A stretch of 64,000 nt of DNA from positions 4,869-68,868 of IMG/VR virus record IMGVR_UViG_3300045996_000876; one strand, written 5' to 3'. This stretch comes from a virus. Made by a program: the position numbers and the translations under genes. Below are positions 1-9,443 of this stretch, piece by piece (position 1 is the stretch's first letter; each line of letters opens with the position of its first letter). Under the pieces are notes generated by a model. The model was not told the DNA's origin. It saw only the letters and a program-made list of their open reading frames with translations, and made no database searches.

Positions 1-322
1 GGATGTCGCGGAGCAGGCTACGCGGATGGCGGAGCGGGCGCAGCAGGACGCCCAGCTGGATGACGCTCCGGAAGGGAAGCTGCGGGTGGTCGGAACTATC
101 CTGACCATCAAGACCGTAGAGAGCGCGTATGGCGTCACGACGAAGTGCCTCTTGCTGGTCGAATCGCCCGCGAAGTTCAAGCTGTGGGTGACCCTCCCCA
201 CCTCCCTCTCCGGTACGGAGCGCGGCCAGAAGGTCGCCATGAACGTGACGGTGGAACGGTCGAAGGATGACAGCAAGTTCGCTTACGGCTCTCGCCCGAC
301 GAAGGGTGAGGTGATCGCGTGA
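1..322 (+). CDS. hypothetical protein, probably 5'-truncated (possible OB-fold C-terminus)
   Basis: Frame is open from position 2 through the stop at 322; beta-strand-rich C-terminus. Confidence 0.55.
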   Translation, partial: DVAEQATRMAERAQQDAQLDDAPEGKLRVVGTILTIKTVESAYGVTTKCLLLVESPAKFKLWVTLPTSLSGTERGQKVAMNVTVERSKDDSKFAYGSRPTKGEVIA

Positions 323-393
323 GCTGGGAAGAGTTCCGGAGGGTGGCGGTGTTCGCTGCCCTCCTATTTGCGGCAATGTGTTAGGAGATAGAC

Positions 394-1017
394 GTGAACG
401 CCAAAATCGAATGCCAAAGCGTGGAGGAGTTGGACCGCATCCTTGAGATTCTCCGCCCGAAGTTCCCGTGTGGTGGGTGTACCGCCTGCTGTACCGTCGT
501 GGGAGTGGAGGAGCTTGGGAAGCCTTACAACTGTAAGTGCGAGCACGACAACGGGAGCGGCTGCGCCATCTACGGGAAGCACCCCGGGAGTTGTAAGGAG
601 TTCGCGTGCTTCTGGGCCATGGGTATCTTCGGAGATATCCCGGAGCTACGCCCAGACCGCTTAGGAGTCTTGCTGGTACCCGCAGCCGTAGTGGAGACGG
701 AAGGGATGTCACTGGACATCTACCCAACCCGGGAGATAACCCCGCAAGAGCTTGATACCGTTCGGAAGCTCGCCAACTTGGTACTCGCGGAGCTACCGGT
801 ATTTGAGTGTATCCGATTGTACCCGCTAGGAGCGAAGGTTGGCGTGGGCTACCCTCTGCGTGACCCGTACCCTAAAACCTCCGCCACGGGCGGGAACGAG
901 TTTGCCACCATAGATTCTAACCACTTCGTCCGGTACTGGATTGGCGCGTCACCGCTCCCGCCCGCTCCGTACGACCCGCCATACCGCACCGGGCAGAACC
1001 TCGATGTTACCGGATAG
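394..1017 (+). CDS. Cys-cluster protein (YkgJ-like metal-chelating domain)
   Basis: CGGCTACC...C...CAIYGKHPGSCKEFAC pattern; AGGAG RBS before the GTG start. Confidence 0.65.
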   Translation: MNAKIECQSVEELDRILEILRPKFPCGGCTACCTVVGVEELGKPYNCKCEHDNGSGCAIYGKHPGSCKEFACFWAMGIFGDIPELRPDRLGVLLVPAAVVETEGMSLDIYPTREITPQELDTVRKLANLVLAELPVFECIRLYPLGAKVGVGYPLRDPYPKTSATGGNEFATIDSNHFVRYWIGASPLPPAPYDPPYRTGQNLDVTG

Positions 1018-1046
1018 GCCACTGGCATATTCTCTCCACGTGATGG

Positions 1047-1074
1047 TTGCCTTTCTTCCGTTTGACCGTATACT
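1047..1074 (+). promoter_or_regulatory. sigma70-type promoter
   Basis: TTGCCT-16 nt-TATACT upstream of AAGGAG and the ATG at 1137. Confidence 0.55.
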
Positions 1075-1136
1075 TTCTTGAATCCCCGCCCGATGTGGGC
1101 TAATAAAATTCTCTTACCTCTCTAAGGAGTTCTCAA

Positions 1137-1787
1137 ATGTCCAAAGTTGTTTCCGCCGCTCCCGCCGTCAAGACGACTCCGCCCGTGGCGTCGAAAAAGA
1201 CGGTTGCCGGCAATGCGAACGCAGCTGAAGGCGCGGCTCCCGTCGCCACCGCCACCCCGGTCGAAGCGCCCGCTGGCGCGGCTCCCGCCGTTGCCGCTCC
1301 CGCGACGAAGAAGGGTGGACCCGGTATCCTGCGCACCAGCTTCGATATCAACGCCGCTCTCATCCAGCAGCGGGACGCCAACGGCAACCTGGTCGTGGAT
1401 GGCGAAGGCAAGCCGGTTCTCATCTCCGCCGTCAAGGATGGGAAGCTGGTCGGCACCCCGACCAATTACGACTTCAACAAGAACTCCGCCTTGAAGGAGG
1501 AGGATTTCATTGATGAAGCCACCTACCTGGAGTTCAAGGCGGCAGTGGCCGACGTGTGGGCCAAGCGGTACGTCGAATCCGCCCAGCACTACCGCGAGAC
1601 CGCCAAGCGCATCCGGACCGTCGGCAAGCCGGAAGACCGCAAGCGGCTCCAGCGCCTGGAGAAGATGCGGAAGGATTACCAGCAGATGAATGAGGCGCTC
1701 TTCAAGGAGGGTCTCATCTCCAAGGAGGAGTACGAATCCGGGCTGGCCAAGATGGCGGCTGCTCCGACCGAAGCGGCTGCTGCCTAA
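1137..1787 (+). CDS. hypothetical Ala/Pro/Lys-rich protein
   Basis: Strong RBS, own promoter and terminator, low-complexity N-terminus. Confidence 0.8.
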   Translation: MSKVVSAAPAVKTTPPVASKKTVAGNANAAEGAAPVATATPVEAPAGAAPAVAAPATKKGGPGILRTSFDINAALIQQRDANGNLVVDGEGKPVLISAVKDGKLVGTPTNYDFNKNSALKEEDFIDEATYLEFKAAVADVWAKRYVESAQHYRETAKRIRTVGKPEDRKRLQRLEKMRKDYQQMNEALFKEGLISKEEYESGLAKMAAAPTEAAAA

Positions 1788-1818
1788 CCTCCGCTACCCT
1801 TCGCTCTCTCCCAACGCG

Positions 1819-1853
1819 ACACCCCGCCACGGCTCCCGTGGCGGGGTGTTTCT
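1819..1853 (+). terminator. intrinsic terminator
   Basis: ACACCCCGCCACGG/CCGTGGCGGGGTGT stem followed by TTCT. Confidence 0.75.
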
Positions 1854-1928
1854 ACATATCGGACCAACGGCAGAGTTGGTCCGATAACTTCTGCTGGGAT
1901 AATCGCTGATCTTAACAGTTGAGCGGGG

Positions 1929-1957
1929 TTGACGCGGCAGGCGAGTCGCGGTATATT
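1929..1957 (+). promoter_or_regulatory. sigma70-type promoter
   Basis: TTGACG-17 nt-TATATT. Confidence 0.75.
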
Positions 1958-2006
1958 CCGCTTACCTTCTAGTTTATTGACAGTAATTCTACGTGCGGAG
2001 ACTCCG

Positions 2007-2525
2007 ATGGGCCAAAAGCCTATGTCTCCGGCTGATAAGCGGGCTGCCCGCCAACGGCTGGAGGAGCGTAAACAGATCACGATGTCCTGTATCCGGTCGG
2101 AAGAGACGACGATACAGCTGACAGAGAAGCTGGTGAACGCGGCTGACGCGAAGCTGGCGCTGGCTCAGAGGGAGTATGAGGAGACGGTTGCCAAGCTACT
2201 GGCCGCTCCTCAGCGTCTAGCGGACCTCCGGAGGTCTATGGAGGAGATAGGACGGGAGGAGAAGCGGCTGGAGTACGCTTCAACCCTAGAGCGGATGAAG
2301 CAGCTGGAGGGAGAGATAACAGCCCTTCAAGCGGCTCCGAAGGATGGCCAGGCCTTCGTTGACGCTCGCGGAACCTTCCACTGCCCCAACGGCCATAAGC
2401 ACTCACGCGGACCGCTGGATGGCGTGAATCTCTATCGTTGCTTTGGCTGTCCGACCGATAACAAGAGCGGGCCAAAGACCTACCGGGTATCTCCCGAACA
2501 CGATCAGCGAGTAGCGAAGAGATGA
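2007..2525 (+). CDS. coiled-coil protein with C-terminal Zn-ribbon
   Basis: GGAG RBS before ATG 2007 (the track's TTG at 1929 is the -35 box); CPNGH...CFGC. Confidence 0.65.
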   Translation: MGQKPMSPADKRAARQRLEERKQITMSCIRSEETTIQLTEKLVNAADAKLALAQREYEETVAKLLAAPQRLADLRRSMEEIGREEKRLEYASTLERMKQLEGEITALQAAPKDGQAFVDARGTFHCPNGHKHSRGPLDGVNLYRCFGCPTDNKSGPKTYRVSPEHDQRVAKR

Positions 2526-3307
2526 TTGACCAACACCCAAATATCCAAGTTGACCTCGCCACCTTCGTTCACGCGGATGCCTGCGACTTCCTGGTCCAAC
2601 ATACCGCCTACGGCGATACCCCTGCGATCATCTTCGCAGACCCTCCGTTCAACATCGGAGTAGAGTACGCCACCGCTGACGACGACAAGCCGGATGACCA
2701 GTACCTCAAATGGACTGAGACGTGGTTTGGGCTCGCGGCGGGCTGTCTCGCGGCTGACGGCTCCCTCTGGGTGAACATCCCGGACCGTTGGGCGGCGGAG
2801 TTTGTCTTGCTGGGCAAGCGGCTCGGGCTGAAGTTGGAGAACTGGGCTATTTGGCACCACCGCTTCGGCACTTGGCAACCCAAGCGGTTTATCGTCTCCA
2901 AGACGCACGCTCTGTGGTTCAGCAAGGGCAAACCCTTCGTTGACCCGACAGCGGCTCTAGTCCGGAGCGATCGCGCGGCGATCTATTCCGATGCCCGGAC
3001 GGTTGACAACGCGGGCTGGCGTATGGAGCTTGACGTTTGGGGCTTCGATCCTTACTGGGGAAGAGTCCAAGGCAACAACCGGGAGCGCCGCCCGCTCCAT
3101 CCTAACCAACTCCCGGAGCAGTACCTGAAGCGGATCATTTCCGTATGCTCCGAAGAAGGCCACACCGTCCTGGACCCGTTCTGCGGCTCGGGTACGACAG
3201 CGACCGTCGCCAATGCTCTCCGCCGCTACTGCGTTACCTCCGATGTGTCGGAGGTCTATTTGAAATCCGCCGCAGAGCGATGTGCTCTCGGGATGATCGC
3301 GAGATAG
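2522..3307 (+). CDS. beta-class N4-C/N6-A DNA methyltransferase
   Basis: DPPF catalytic motif near the N-terminus; HPNQLP; LDPFCGSGTT SAM-binding motif near the C-terminus. Confidence 0.9.
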   Translation: MIDQHPNIQVDLATFVHADACDFLVQHTAYGDTPAIIFADPPFNIGVEYATADDDKPDDQYLKWTETWFGLAAGCLAADGSLWVNIPDRWAAEFVLLGKRLGLKLENWAIWHHRFGTWQPKRFIVSKTHALWFSKGKPFVDPTAALVRSDRAAIYSDARTVDNAGWRMELDVWGFDPYWGRVQGNNRERRPLHPNQLPEQYLKRIISVCSEEGHTVLDPFCGSGTTATVANALRRYCVTSDVSEVYLKSAAERCALGMIAR

Positions 3308-3315
3308 GAGATACA

Positions 3316-3723
3316 ATGGGTACTCGGACATGTCCTAACCACTTGACCTACGTCCAACTCAAAGCGTTGGAGACGTGGATCACGAACAACTGGGAATCCT
3401 TCGTAAAGGAACACACCAGTCAGCCGGAAGCGGCGGAGCGAGCGACGAAGGCTTGCGGCTTTGAAGTCACCGGGGCCAACATCCAAGGGATGTGCAACAA
3501 CCTTCAGAAGGCTTGGCCGAACGGTCGTGGGAGCGGACAGAAGGCGGAGTTGGTAAGAGAGTTGGCGAAGGAGATAGCCTTGCTTCAGAGCAGCGTGTCC
3601 CAGATTGCTCTCGCGGTGTCCGTGGTTTCCAAAGACCTGGGGATGACGCAGATTGAGCGCGACATGGTTGATCTCGCAGGGAAGTTGAAGCGTCACTCCG
3701 ACGTGATTGCGGGACACCTGTAA
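3316..3723 (+). CDS. hypothetical protein
   Basis: AGGAG RBS before ATG (MGTRTCP); follows the methyltransferase. Confidence 0.6.
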   Translation: MGTRTCPNHLTYVQLKALETWITNNWESFVKEHTSQPEAAERATKACGFEVTGANIQGMCNNLQKAWPNGRGSGQKAELVRELAKEIALLQSSVSQIALAVSVVSKDLGMTQIERDMVDLAGKLKRHSDVIAGHL

Positions 3724-3755
3724 GTTTCCACTACATAATCCAAGGAGATAGATAG

Positions 3756-4607
3756 ATGCTTACGTACCAAGACCTCTGCCGCCCGACCGACTACAAGGGT
3801 CAGCCCGTTCGCTACGCCCAGAAGAAGGAGGATGGGCTACGCTTGCTGGTCTCCATCCTCCCGGGTATCCACGATGAGAAGATCATCAGCGCGGTCACCC
3901 GCGAAGGGAAGACAGACCACGCGGTGAACCTTCTGAAGGTCGATTCGATCTGGACCAAGCTCGCAACGCTTCCCGTCTATACGCAGTTGGACTGCGAGAT
4001 TCACGTGCCCAACGTTCAGGCGACCAACGTCATCACCCACCTTCTCTCCGGCTCGAATTCGCTCAAGCTCTCTCCGTTCGCAATGCCCTTCTTCTATGGG
4101 CAAGACCTGCGCGGCTGGGAGCTTCCCGACGTCATTTCGAAGATGAGAGACTTGGGGCTGGACCCGGTACCGGTGACGCTCCTTACTGGGAAGCTTGAAG
4201 AAGCGCTCTGGCTCCAGCGGGCGAGGGATATGCGGGCGGAAGGCTTCGTGCTCAAGCAGCACCACTACTCCGGCTGGTTCAAGCTCAAGCCGGTTAAGAC
4301 GGCTGACTGCGTTGTGATGGGTTATACCCTTTCCGACTCTACAACCTACTTCGGAGACCTAAAAGCGGTCCAAGTAGGCGTGATTGATACGACCAGCAAG
4401 AAGCTGGTAGAGGTCGCCAGCTTAGGGACTGGCTTCTCTGCGGAGCAGAGACGGGCTTACGGACAGAAGCCTGGCGACCTCTTGGGCAAAGTGTGTGAGG
4501 TTCAATACGATTCGCTTGCTGGGCAAGGCAAGCTCAAGTTCCCGCGTTTCGTCGGGTGGCGGGTGGATAAGCTCGCGGAAGAGTGTACCAGTAAGCAGCT
4601 GGTGTAA
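3756..4607 (+). CDS. lig: minimal ATP-dependent DNA ligase
   Basis: KEDG adenylation motif, LDCE, EGFVLK, FKLK, OB domain ending in KFPRF. Confidence 0.9.
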   Translation: MLTYQDLCRPTDYKGQPVRYAQKKEDGLRLLVSILPGIHDEKIISAVTREGKTDHAVNLLKVDSIWTKLATLPVYTQLDCEIHVPNVQATNVITHLLSGSNSLKLSPFAMPFFYGQDLRGWELPDVISKMRDLGLDPVPVTLLTGKLEEALWLQRARDMRAEGFVLKQHHYSGWFKLKPVKTADCVVMGYTLSDSTTYFGDLKAVQVGVIDTTSKKLVEVASLGTGFSAEQRRAYGQKPGDLLGKVCEVQYDSLAGQGKLKFPRFVGWRVDKLAEECTSKQLV

Positions 4608-4615
4608 TCCGCCTT

Positions 4616-4747
4616 GGGAGCGTAGCTCAATTGGCAGAGCGGTGAACCCCAGTCTCTGGATGAATACCGAAAGGTACCGGAGAGCGAGATGGCCCCACAC
4701 TATCTCGCGGCGCTCATCGGTTGTTGGTTCGACTCCAACCGCTTCCA
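4616..4747 (+). ncRNA. tRNA-like RNA with a 68-nt structured insert replacing the anticodon loop
   Basis: Acceptor stem GGGAGCG/CGCTTCC+A; D arm GCTC-AATTGGCA-GAGC; T arm GTTGG-TTCGACT-CCAAC; anticodon stem GGTGA/TCATC encloses two hairpins. Confidence 0.75.
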
Positions 4748-4749
4748 TT

Positions 4750-4926
4750 AGACCCTCTTAGTTCTGAGCCGATTCTCTTGTGGACTCATAATCCCAACGC
4801 AGAATCCGATGCGACGGCGTGAGCCGTCCGAAGTCAAAGCCGTTGACGCGGTGGCGACTTGTCGAGCGTAGAACAACCCGGTCGTCAAACCGGGGTAACA
4901 GCAGTGAAAATCCGCTAGCTGGGTCT
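4750..4926 (+). ncRNA. candidate multi-hairpin ncRNA immediately 3' of the tRNA-like RNA
   Basis: AGACCC/GGGTCT closing stem; GATTCT/AGAATC arm with a CTCATAA loop; GACGGC-GTGA-GCCGTC; CCCGGT/ACCGGG. Confidence 0.5.
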
Positions 4927-4949
4927 GTTATTACTTTGAGGAGACTCCC

Positions 4950-5309
4950 GTGACTGAGCCAATCTTCGTTCCAACCGCGTACGATCCCGATGCCCCGCCG
5001 CTCATTGATCCCTCTGATCCTAACTATACGATGGTCAACTTCGTATATGTCTGTACGTCGTGTCAGACCGCGTTTGTCAAGGGAACCTACCCGCGAGACA
5101 TTGGCTACTCTTACTTCGCGCGGCTGGTTCGCGGAGAACGGTTCATTGAGCTCCCGGGCGGTGAGGGAGTCGCCCAGCAAGAGCCGCACGCCTGCCCTGA
5201 CCAGATCGGACATAAGGGTCCGGACCTCCTTGGAATCGCGGTTCTGGCCCAACTGAAGTACGCTGATCAACCACTCGTCATACGGAAGGCACCCAATGGG
5301 AACACGTGA
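4950..5309 (+). CDS. hypothetical protein
   Basis: GAGGAG RBS; CTSC motif. Confidence 0.6.
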   Translation: MTEPIFVPTAYDPDAPPLIDPSDPNYTMVNFVYVCTSCQTAFVKGTYPRDIGYSYFARLVRGERFIELPGGEGVAQQEPHACPDQIGHKGPDLLGIAVLAQLKYADQPLVIRKAPNGNT

Positions 5310-6318
5310 AGAGTTTGAGCACGGCTCGTCCGACGTTGAAGACTTCTTCTATTGGATCAACGAGCGTCACTCCATCTACCTGAAGCGGGCTGCTGGGCTC
5401 CCGAAGCCTTGGACCAACGACGAAGTTCTCCGGGACTACAAGTTCACCAATGCCTTCCGCGAGCTTGACCGTGGAACGGTCGCTCTCCGGGCGATGGAGA
5501 AGGATGTCGTGAAGCTGTGGCGGTTCGGCCATCAGCCGTTCGATGCCGCCGCGATCATATTCAATACCTTCTGGTACCGCTTCTTCAACCTGGACATCCA
5601 CGCGTACAGGCTGGGGATGTGCGACTACGAAACGCTCCAGACGTATATCTTCAAGAAGGTAGATGCCGACCAACAGGTGTTTACGGGTGCTCATATCGTC
5701 CGGGGTATCGGCTCCTCTCTCTCCGGAGCGGTAGGGAGCTTCAAGCACTACGATACGCTCCACGACCGTATCAAACGCGGGATGGGCGTGCTGAAGGCTT
5801 TTGACTACCTCGCCTTGGCCCATGAGATATGGTATGACCGTTACGAACTCGCGGCCAAGTTCGCGGAGTGTAAAACTCTCCAGCAAGCCTTCGACATTAT
5901 CCAAGGGTACTTCTTGCTGGGCGACTTCACCAGCTACGAACTCGTGTGCGACCTCCGCTGGACTCTTCTCTCGCACTGTACAGATATCCTGACCTGGGGC
6001 AACGTCGGCAACGGCGCAGTACGCGGGCTGAAGCGGCTCGGGCTGAAGCCAACTTCGGAGTCGATGGTCTATCTGTGGATGGAAGCTCCGGAGTATCTGA
6101 GCCCGGATGTCCGGTCTCATCACATCGCTAGCTACAGTGACGCCTTCGTTCCGACCAACCCAGTTCATATGAAAGACTACCTGCGGGACTGGGTTGGGCT
6201 CACTACGTTCCCGCCGTTTGAAATCCGCGAAATTGAACATTCTCTGTGCGAGTTCGACAAATACATTCGGGCCAAGTCGGGACAGGGCAGACCGCGTTCC
6301 AAGTATGACGGGAGATAG
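5296..6318 (+). CDS. 5-hydroxymethyl-pyrimidine DNA kinase helical-domain protein (aGPT-Pplase1 family)
   Basis: FFYWINERHSIY...PWTNDEVLRDYKFTNAFRELDRGT N-terminus; GNGAVRGL; EIEHSLCEFDKY C-terminus. Confidence 0.85.
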   Translation: MGTREEFEHGSSDVEDFFYWINERHSIYLKRAAGLPKPWTNDEVLRDYKFTNAFRELDRGTVALRAMEKDVVKLWRFGHQPFDAAAIIFNTFWYRFFNLDIHAYRLGMCDYETLQTYIFKKVDADQQVFTGAHIVRGIGSSLSGAVGSFKHYDTLHDRIKRGMGVLKAFDYLALAHEIWYDRYELAAKFAECKTLQQAFDIIQGYFLLGDFTSYELVCDLRWTLLSHCTDILTWGNVGNGAVRGLKRLGLKPTSESMVYLWMEAPEYLSPDVRSHHIASYSDAFVPTNPVHMKDYLRDWVGLTTFPPFEIREIEHSLCEFDKYIRAKSGQGRPRSKYDGR

Positions 6319-6321
6319 ACT

Positions 6322-6558
6322 ATGCCGGTGAGTCCCTACGCTCCTCCGCCCGGTTATATTGACGTGAAGACCTTCGCGAAGCTGGTGAACCGCGACAAGG
6401 ATTTCATCCACAAACTTACGCGAATCAATATGATCCCAACACTGTCGCGTGGTCCGAAGCGGCGATATATCGCTCAGCATTACGTGGCGAAGTTCCCGCA
6501 GATTCTCGAAAGTTACAAGCTTTCTTCCAATGCTCGTTACACAGGAGGTACGCGGTGA
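6322..6558 (+). CDS. small putative DNA-binding protein (excisionase/MerR-like HTH)
   Basis: YIDVKTFAKLVNRD...IP...RRYI pattern. Confidence 0.5.
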   Translation: MPVSPYAPPPGYIDVKTFAKLVNRDKDFIHKLTRINMIPTLSRGPKRRYIAQHYVAKFPQILESYKLSSNARYTGGTR

Positions 6559-7139
6559 TATACGATCTGAGAGGAACAAACGGCTCTGGGAAGTCTACCA
6601 TTGTTTTCGAGATGATGAAGGTGTTCGAATTCGCTGAGCATCCGTACCCGTTCGGGAGCACCGACAAGCCGGATTACTTCTTCAACGAGTGCCGGGCGCT
6701 GAACCTTATCGTCATCGGGAAGTACCGGACGCAGTGCGGCGGCTGCGATGGGATCACGTCGCAGGACCGTATTACCTCCGCGTGCCGGCACTGGGCTCTC
6801 GTGGAGGGTAGGAACGTCATCATTGAGGGCTCAATCGTCGCGAGCGTATTTGACCGCTGGAACAAGCTCGCGATCCAGGCCAACGACGATTACACGTTCT
6901 GCTTCCTGGACACGCCCGTTGAAGTCTGTATCGAGCGGGTGAAGAGTCGGAGAGCGGAAGCGAACAACACCGATGTCTTCGACCCGTATAAGACGCTGGT
7001 GCCCCGCTTCGGACAGATCAACCGTGTCTGGGCGAAGTGCCTGGACGCTAAACGCAAGTGCGCAGTTATCGAACACCAGCGAGCGTATGCCTCCTTCATG
7101 GAGTTGTACAATGCGACGCACCGTAGAGCCGTGGACTGA
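6555..7139 (+). CDS. P-loop nucleotide kinase of base-hypermodification clusters
   Basis: LRGTNGSGKST Walker A; GKY...GGCD; IIEG; CIERVKSRR lid; gene context. Confidence 0.85.
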   Translation: MIYDLRGTNGSGKSTIVFEMMKVFEFAEHPYPFGSTDKPDYFFNECRALNLIVIGKYRTQCGGCDGITSQDRITSACRHWALVEGRNVIIEGSIVASVFDRWNKLAIQANDDYTFCFLDTPVEVCIERVKSRRAEANNTDVFDPYKTLVPRFGQINRVWAKCLDAKRKCAVIEHQRAYASFMELYNATHRRAVD

Positions 7140-7159
7140 CGACCCGATAGAAGGCGGCG

Positions 7160-8173
7160 ATGGCGACCTTGAGGACAACGATGACTTTGAATTTTGAGCT
7201 CACTTCGAACGAACTGATGAACGACTTCTTGGACTACTCCAAGTACAGCATCTGGTCGAAAGACGTTGACCCGGTGTACGACGTTCTCAAGGCCATCCAC
7301 CGCTTGCTGGGCTACGGAGAAGGAGACCGCGACAACCGGGTGAAGCATACGTTCTGGTATCTCTCCTGGTACAACCTGATGTCGGCGCAGGAGGCATGGA
7401 ACTACGTGACGGAGACCGGTGACGAGCTTCCGGATTACAACCTGTGTAAGCTCCCGACCGGGATAGAGCGCCGCGGATTCCGAGACGGCTACCAGATGAT
7501 GAAGCATATGGAGTCGCTCCAAAAGATCGCGGCTGACTGGAACAACGCTCATAACAGGGACGGCCAAGGCTGGTTTGACGACTGGATCGCGGCAGGCTTC
7601 ACGAACAACGCCAAGGTCAACTGGGGTATCGCCTATGAACGGCTCCAGACGGTCTACGGGAACGGACGCTGGGCAGCATATAAGGGCTGCGAACTTCTCC
7701 AGAAGGTCTGCGGGCTAAACTTGGAACCTCCCGATATGGGACACAAGGGAAGCTCCGGACCGCGCAAGGGTCTGGCGATGCTCTTTCGGGATTGTCCCGC
7801 TCACGGCGATCAGAGCGCGCAAGCCATCGAGCTACTTGACCGGATGAGTGACGACTTGCTGGATCATATGCGCAAGTGGTATAGCGACAACCCCGTTGTC
7901 CAAGACCTAGGCGTGGTGGAAACTTGTCTCTGCGACTTCCACTCGATGGCTCACGGCGGGTATTACGTCGGGCACGACATCGACCTGATGCAGGAAGGTG
8001 TCAGCAAGTCAAAAGCTCCGCAGGAGGTGAAAGACCTTCTGTGGAACGCGCGAGCGGTAGCGCTGCCGCACCACTACCTTGGCGAGCTTGGCGGCTGGAA
8101 CGGCGTGGACAAAGATCGCAAGCGAGCTTACCGTGATCAGAACGTGATCATGATTCGCGGAGAACTGGAATGA
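7160..8173 (+). CDS. amino acid:DNA transferase (aGPT-Pplase2 / AADT family)
   Basis: DVDPVY, ERRGFR, GNGRWAAYK, ETCLCDF, YYVGHDI motifs; gene context. Confidence 0.85.
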   Translation: MATLRTTMTLNFELTSNELMNDFLDYSKYSIWSKDVDPVYDVLKAIHRLLGYGEGDRDNRVKHTFWYLSWYNLMSAQEAWNYVTETGDELPDYNLCKLPTGIERRGFRDGYQMMKHMESLQKIAADWNNAHNRDGQGWFDDWIAAGFTNNAKVNWGIAYERLQTVYGNGRWAAYKGCELLQKVCGLNLEPPDMGHKGSSGPRKGLAMLFRDCPAHGDQSAQAIELLDRMSDDLLDHMRKWYSDNPVVQDLGVVETCLCDFHSMAHGGYYVGHDIDLMQEGVSKSKAPQEVKDLLWNARAVALPHHYLGELGGWNGVDKDRKRAYRDQNVIMIRGELE

Positions 8174-8319
8174 AGAAGCTCCTCCGAAAGCTCTTGGACT
8201 TCTTCCTGGGTCCGAAGTGCGAGTGTTGTGGTGCTCGCGATGAGACCGTGGCGTACGCTTCAACCCCGGGCGGGTGCGGCGAATTGTGCGATGACTGTGT
8301 AACTGAACTGATGGAGTGA
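8170..8319 (+). CDS. small Cys-rich protein (49 aa, below the ORF track cutoff)
   Basis: ATG overlaps the upstream stop; CECC...CDDC; fills the gap to the next gene. Confidence 0.5.
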   Translation: MKKLLRKLLDFFLGPKCECCGARDETVAYASTPGGCGELCDDCVTELME

Positions 8320-8322
8320 ATC

Positions 8323-9150
8323 GTGATCAACCATAACACCCCAATCGAAGCCTACGAAGTTCACGGCAGGGAAGTTCTCGTCAAGCGTGACGACCTGTGC
8401 GCAGACCCGCCCGCACCGTCATTGGCGAAGATTCGCGGAGCGTACGCCCATATCAAGGAGCTCAAGCAATCCGTCATCGGGAACCTCGATGCGTCCCACT
8501 CGCGGAACGGCTGGGTTGTCGCTGCGGTCTGTAAGATGCTCGGCAAGCACTGTGTGGGGTACTACCCGCAGAGCGTCAAGGATCGCGGCGTCAAGGATCA
8601 GCAAAAGAAGATTCTGGAACTGGGCGGCTCGATTGTTGCCCTGCCAGCCGGCCGCTCCGCGATCCTGTACGCCACGGCTCGGAAGCACCTGGCCGCGACG
8701 TTTGCCGACAGCTACCTGATGCCCAACGCTCTCAAGCTGAATGAGACCGTCTGGGAGGTAGCGAAGGAGGTAGTTGACTCGCGGGATAGCCTTCCGGAGT
8801 CGGGCAGCATCGTTATCCCTGCGGGAACCGGTACAATTGCGTCAGGAGTGGTGGAAGGCTTGATCCGTCTGGGCAGGGCGGAGTCTTACACCATCTGCGT
8901 TCACCTGGGCTATACGCGGGCACGGGAAGCGGTGGAGAGCTATATCCAGTCGAATCTCTGCCGCCCGATACCGGGCTTGCTGTACGTCGATGAGGGCTGG
9001 GATTACTCCGATGAGGCCAAGGAGACGGCGGTTGCGCCATTCCCTGCGTGTACTTACTATGAACTGAAGGCGTGGGACTGGATGACCCGCCCGGAAGTGC
9101 TACGGACGTTCAAGCCGGGACCGGTGGTGTTCTGGAATAGCGGCAATTAA
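8323..9150 (+). CDS. PLP-dependent enzyme, fold type II (candidate on-DNA decarboxylase)
   Basis: VKRDDL...KIRGA PLP lysine; IPAGTGT phosphate loop; FWNSG; gene context. Confidence 0.85.
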   Translation: MINHNTPIEAYEVHGREVLVKRDDLCADPPAPSLAKIRGAYAHIKELKQSVIGNLDASHSRNGWVVAAVCKMLGKHCVGYYPQSVKDRGVKDQQKKILELGGSIVALPAGRSAILYATARKHLAATFADSYLMPNALKLNETVWEVAKEVVDSRDSLPESGSIVIPAGTGTIASGVVEGLIRLGRAESYTICVHLGYTRAREAVESYIQSNLCRPIPGLLYVDEGWDYSDEAKETAVAPFPACTYYELKAWDWMTRPEVLRTFKPGPVVFWNSGN

Positions 9151-9257
9151 TACTCCGGACTGTGCGGAGCTCATCGGGGCTTTGGTGGACTACCGATCCA
9201 CGACCTATATTGCTCACTCAGTGACCAGCCGGGAGAGTAGCGGCATTTGGAGACTCT

Positions 9258-9443
9258 ATGAGACATTTCCTCCTTCGTATCGCGGTACGCTTCCGGCTCG
9301 TGCGGCTCTCCGACTGGTTGATCAACACGTGCGACCGGGAGGGTGGCGAGTGTTCCAAGTGCGGAGCGACTTGCTGCCCCTATGGCGACCCGCTTCACTT
9401 CCACCACGATGGTTGTCCCTCTTGCTGGCAGGATGAGCTATGA
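9258..9443 (+). CDS. small Cys/His-rich protein
   Basis: GGAG RBS; CSKC..CC...HFHHDGCPSC. Confidence 0.55.
   Translation: MRHFLLRIAVRFRLVRLSDWLINTCDREGGECSKCGATCCPYGDPLHFHHDGCPSCWQDEL

Noticed and set aside
4646-4713. Hammerhead ribozyme or group I intron within the tRNA-like insert
   Set aside because: CTGGATGA is not the CUGAUGA core, GAAA is a hairpin tetraloop, and 68 nt is too short for a group I intron
6322-6558. Excisionase indicating a temperate lifestyle
   Set aside because: No integrase, repressor or att-like site was found in the window
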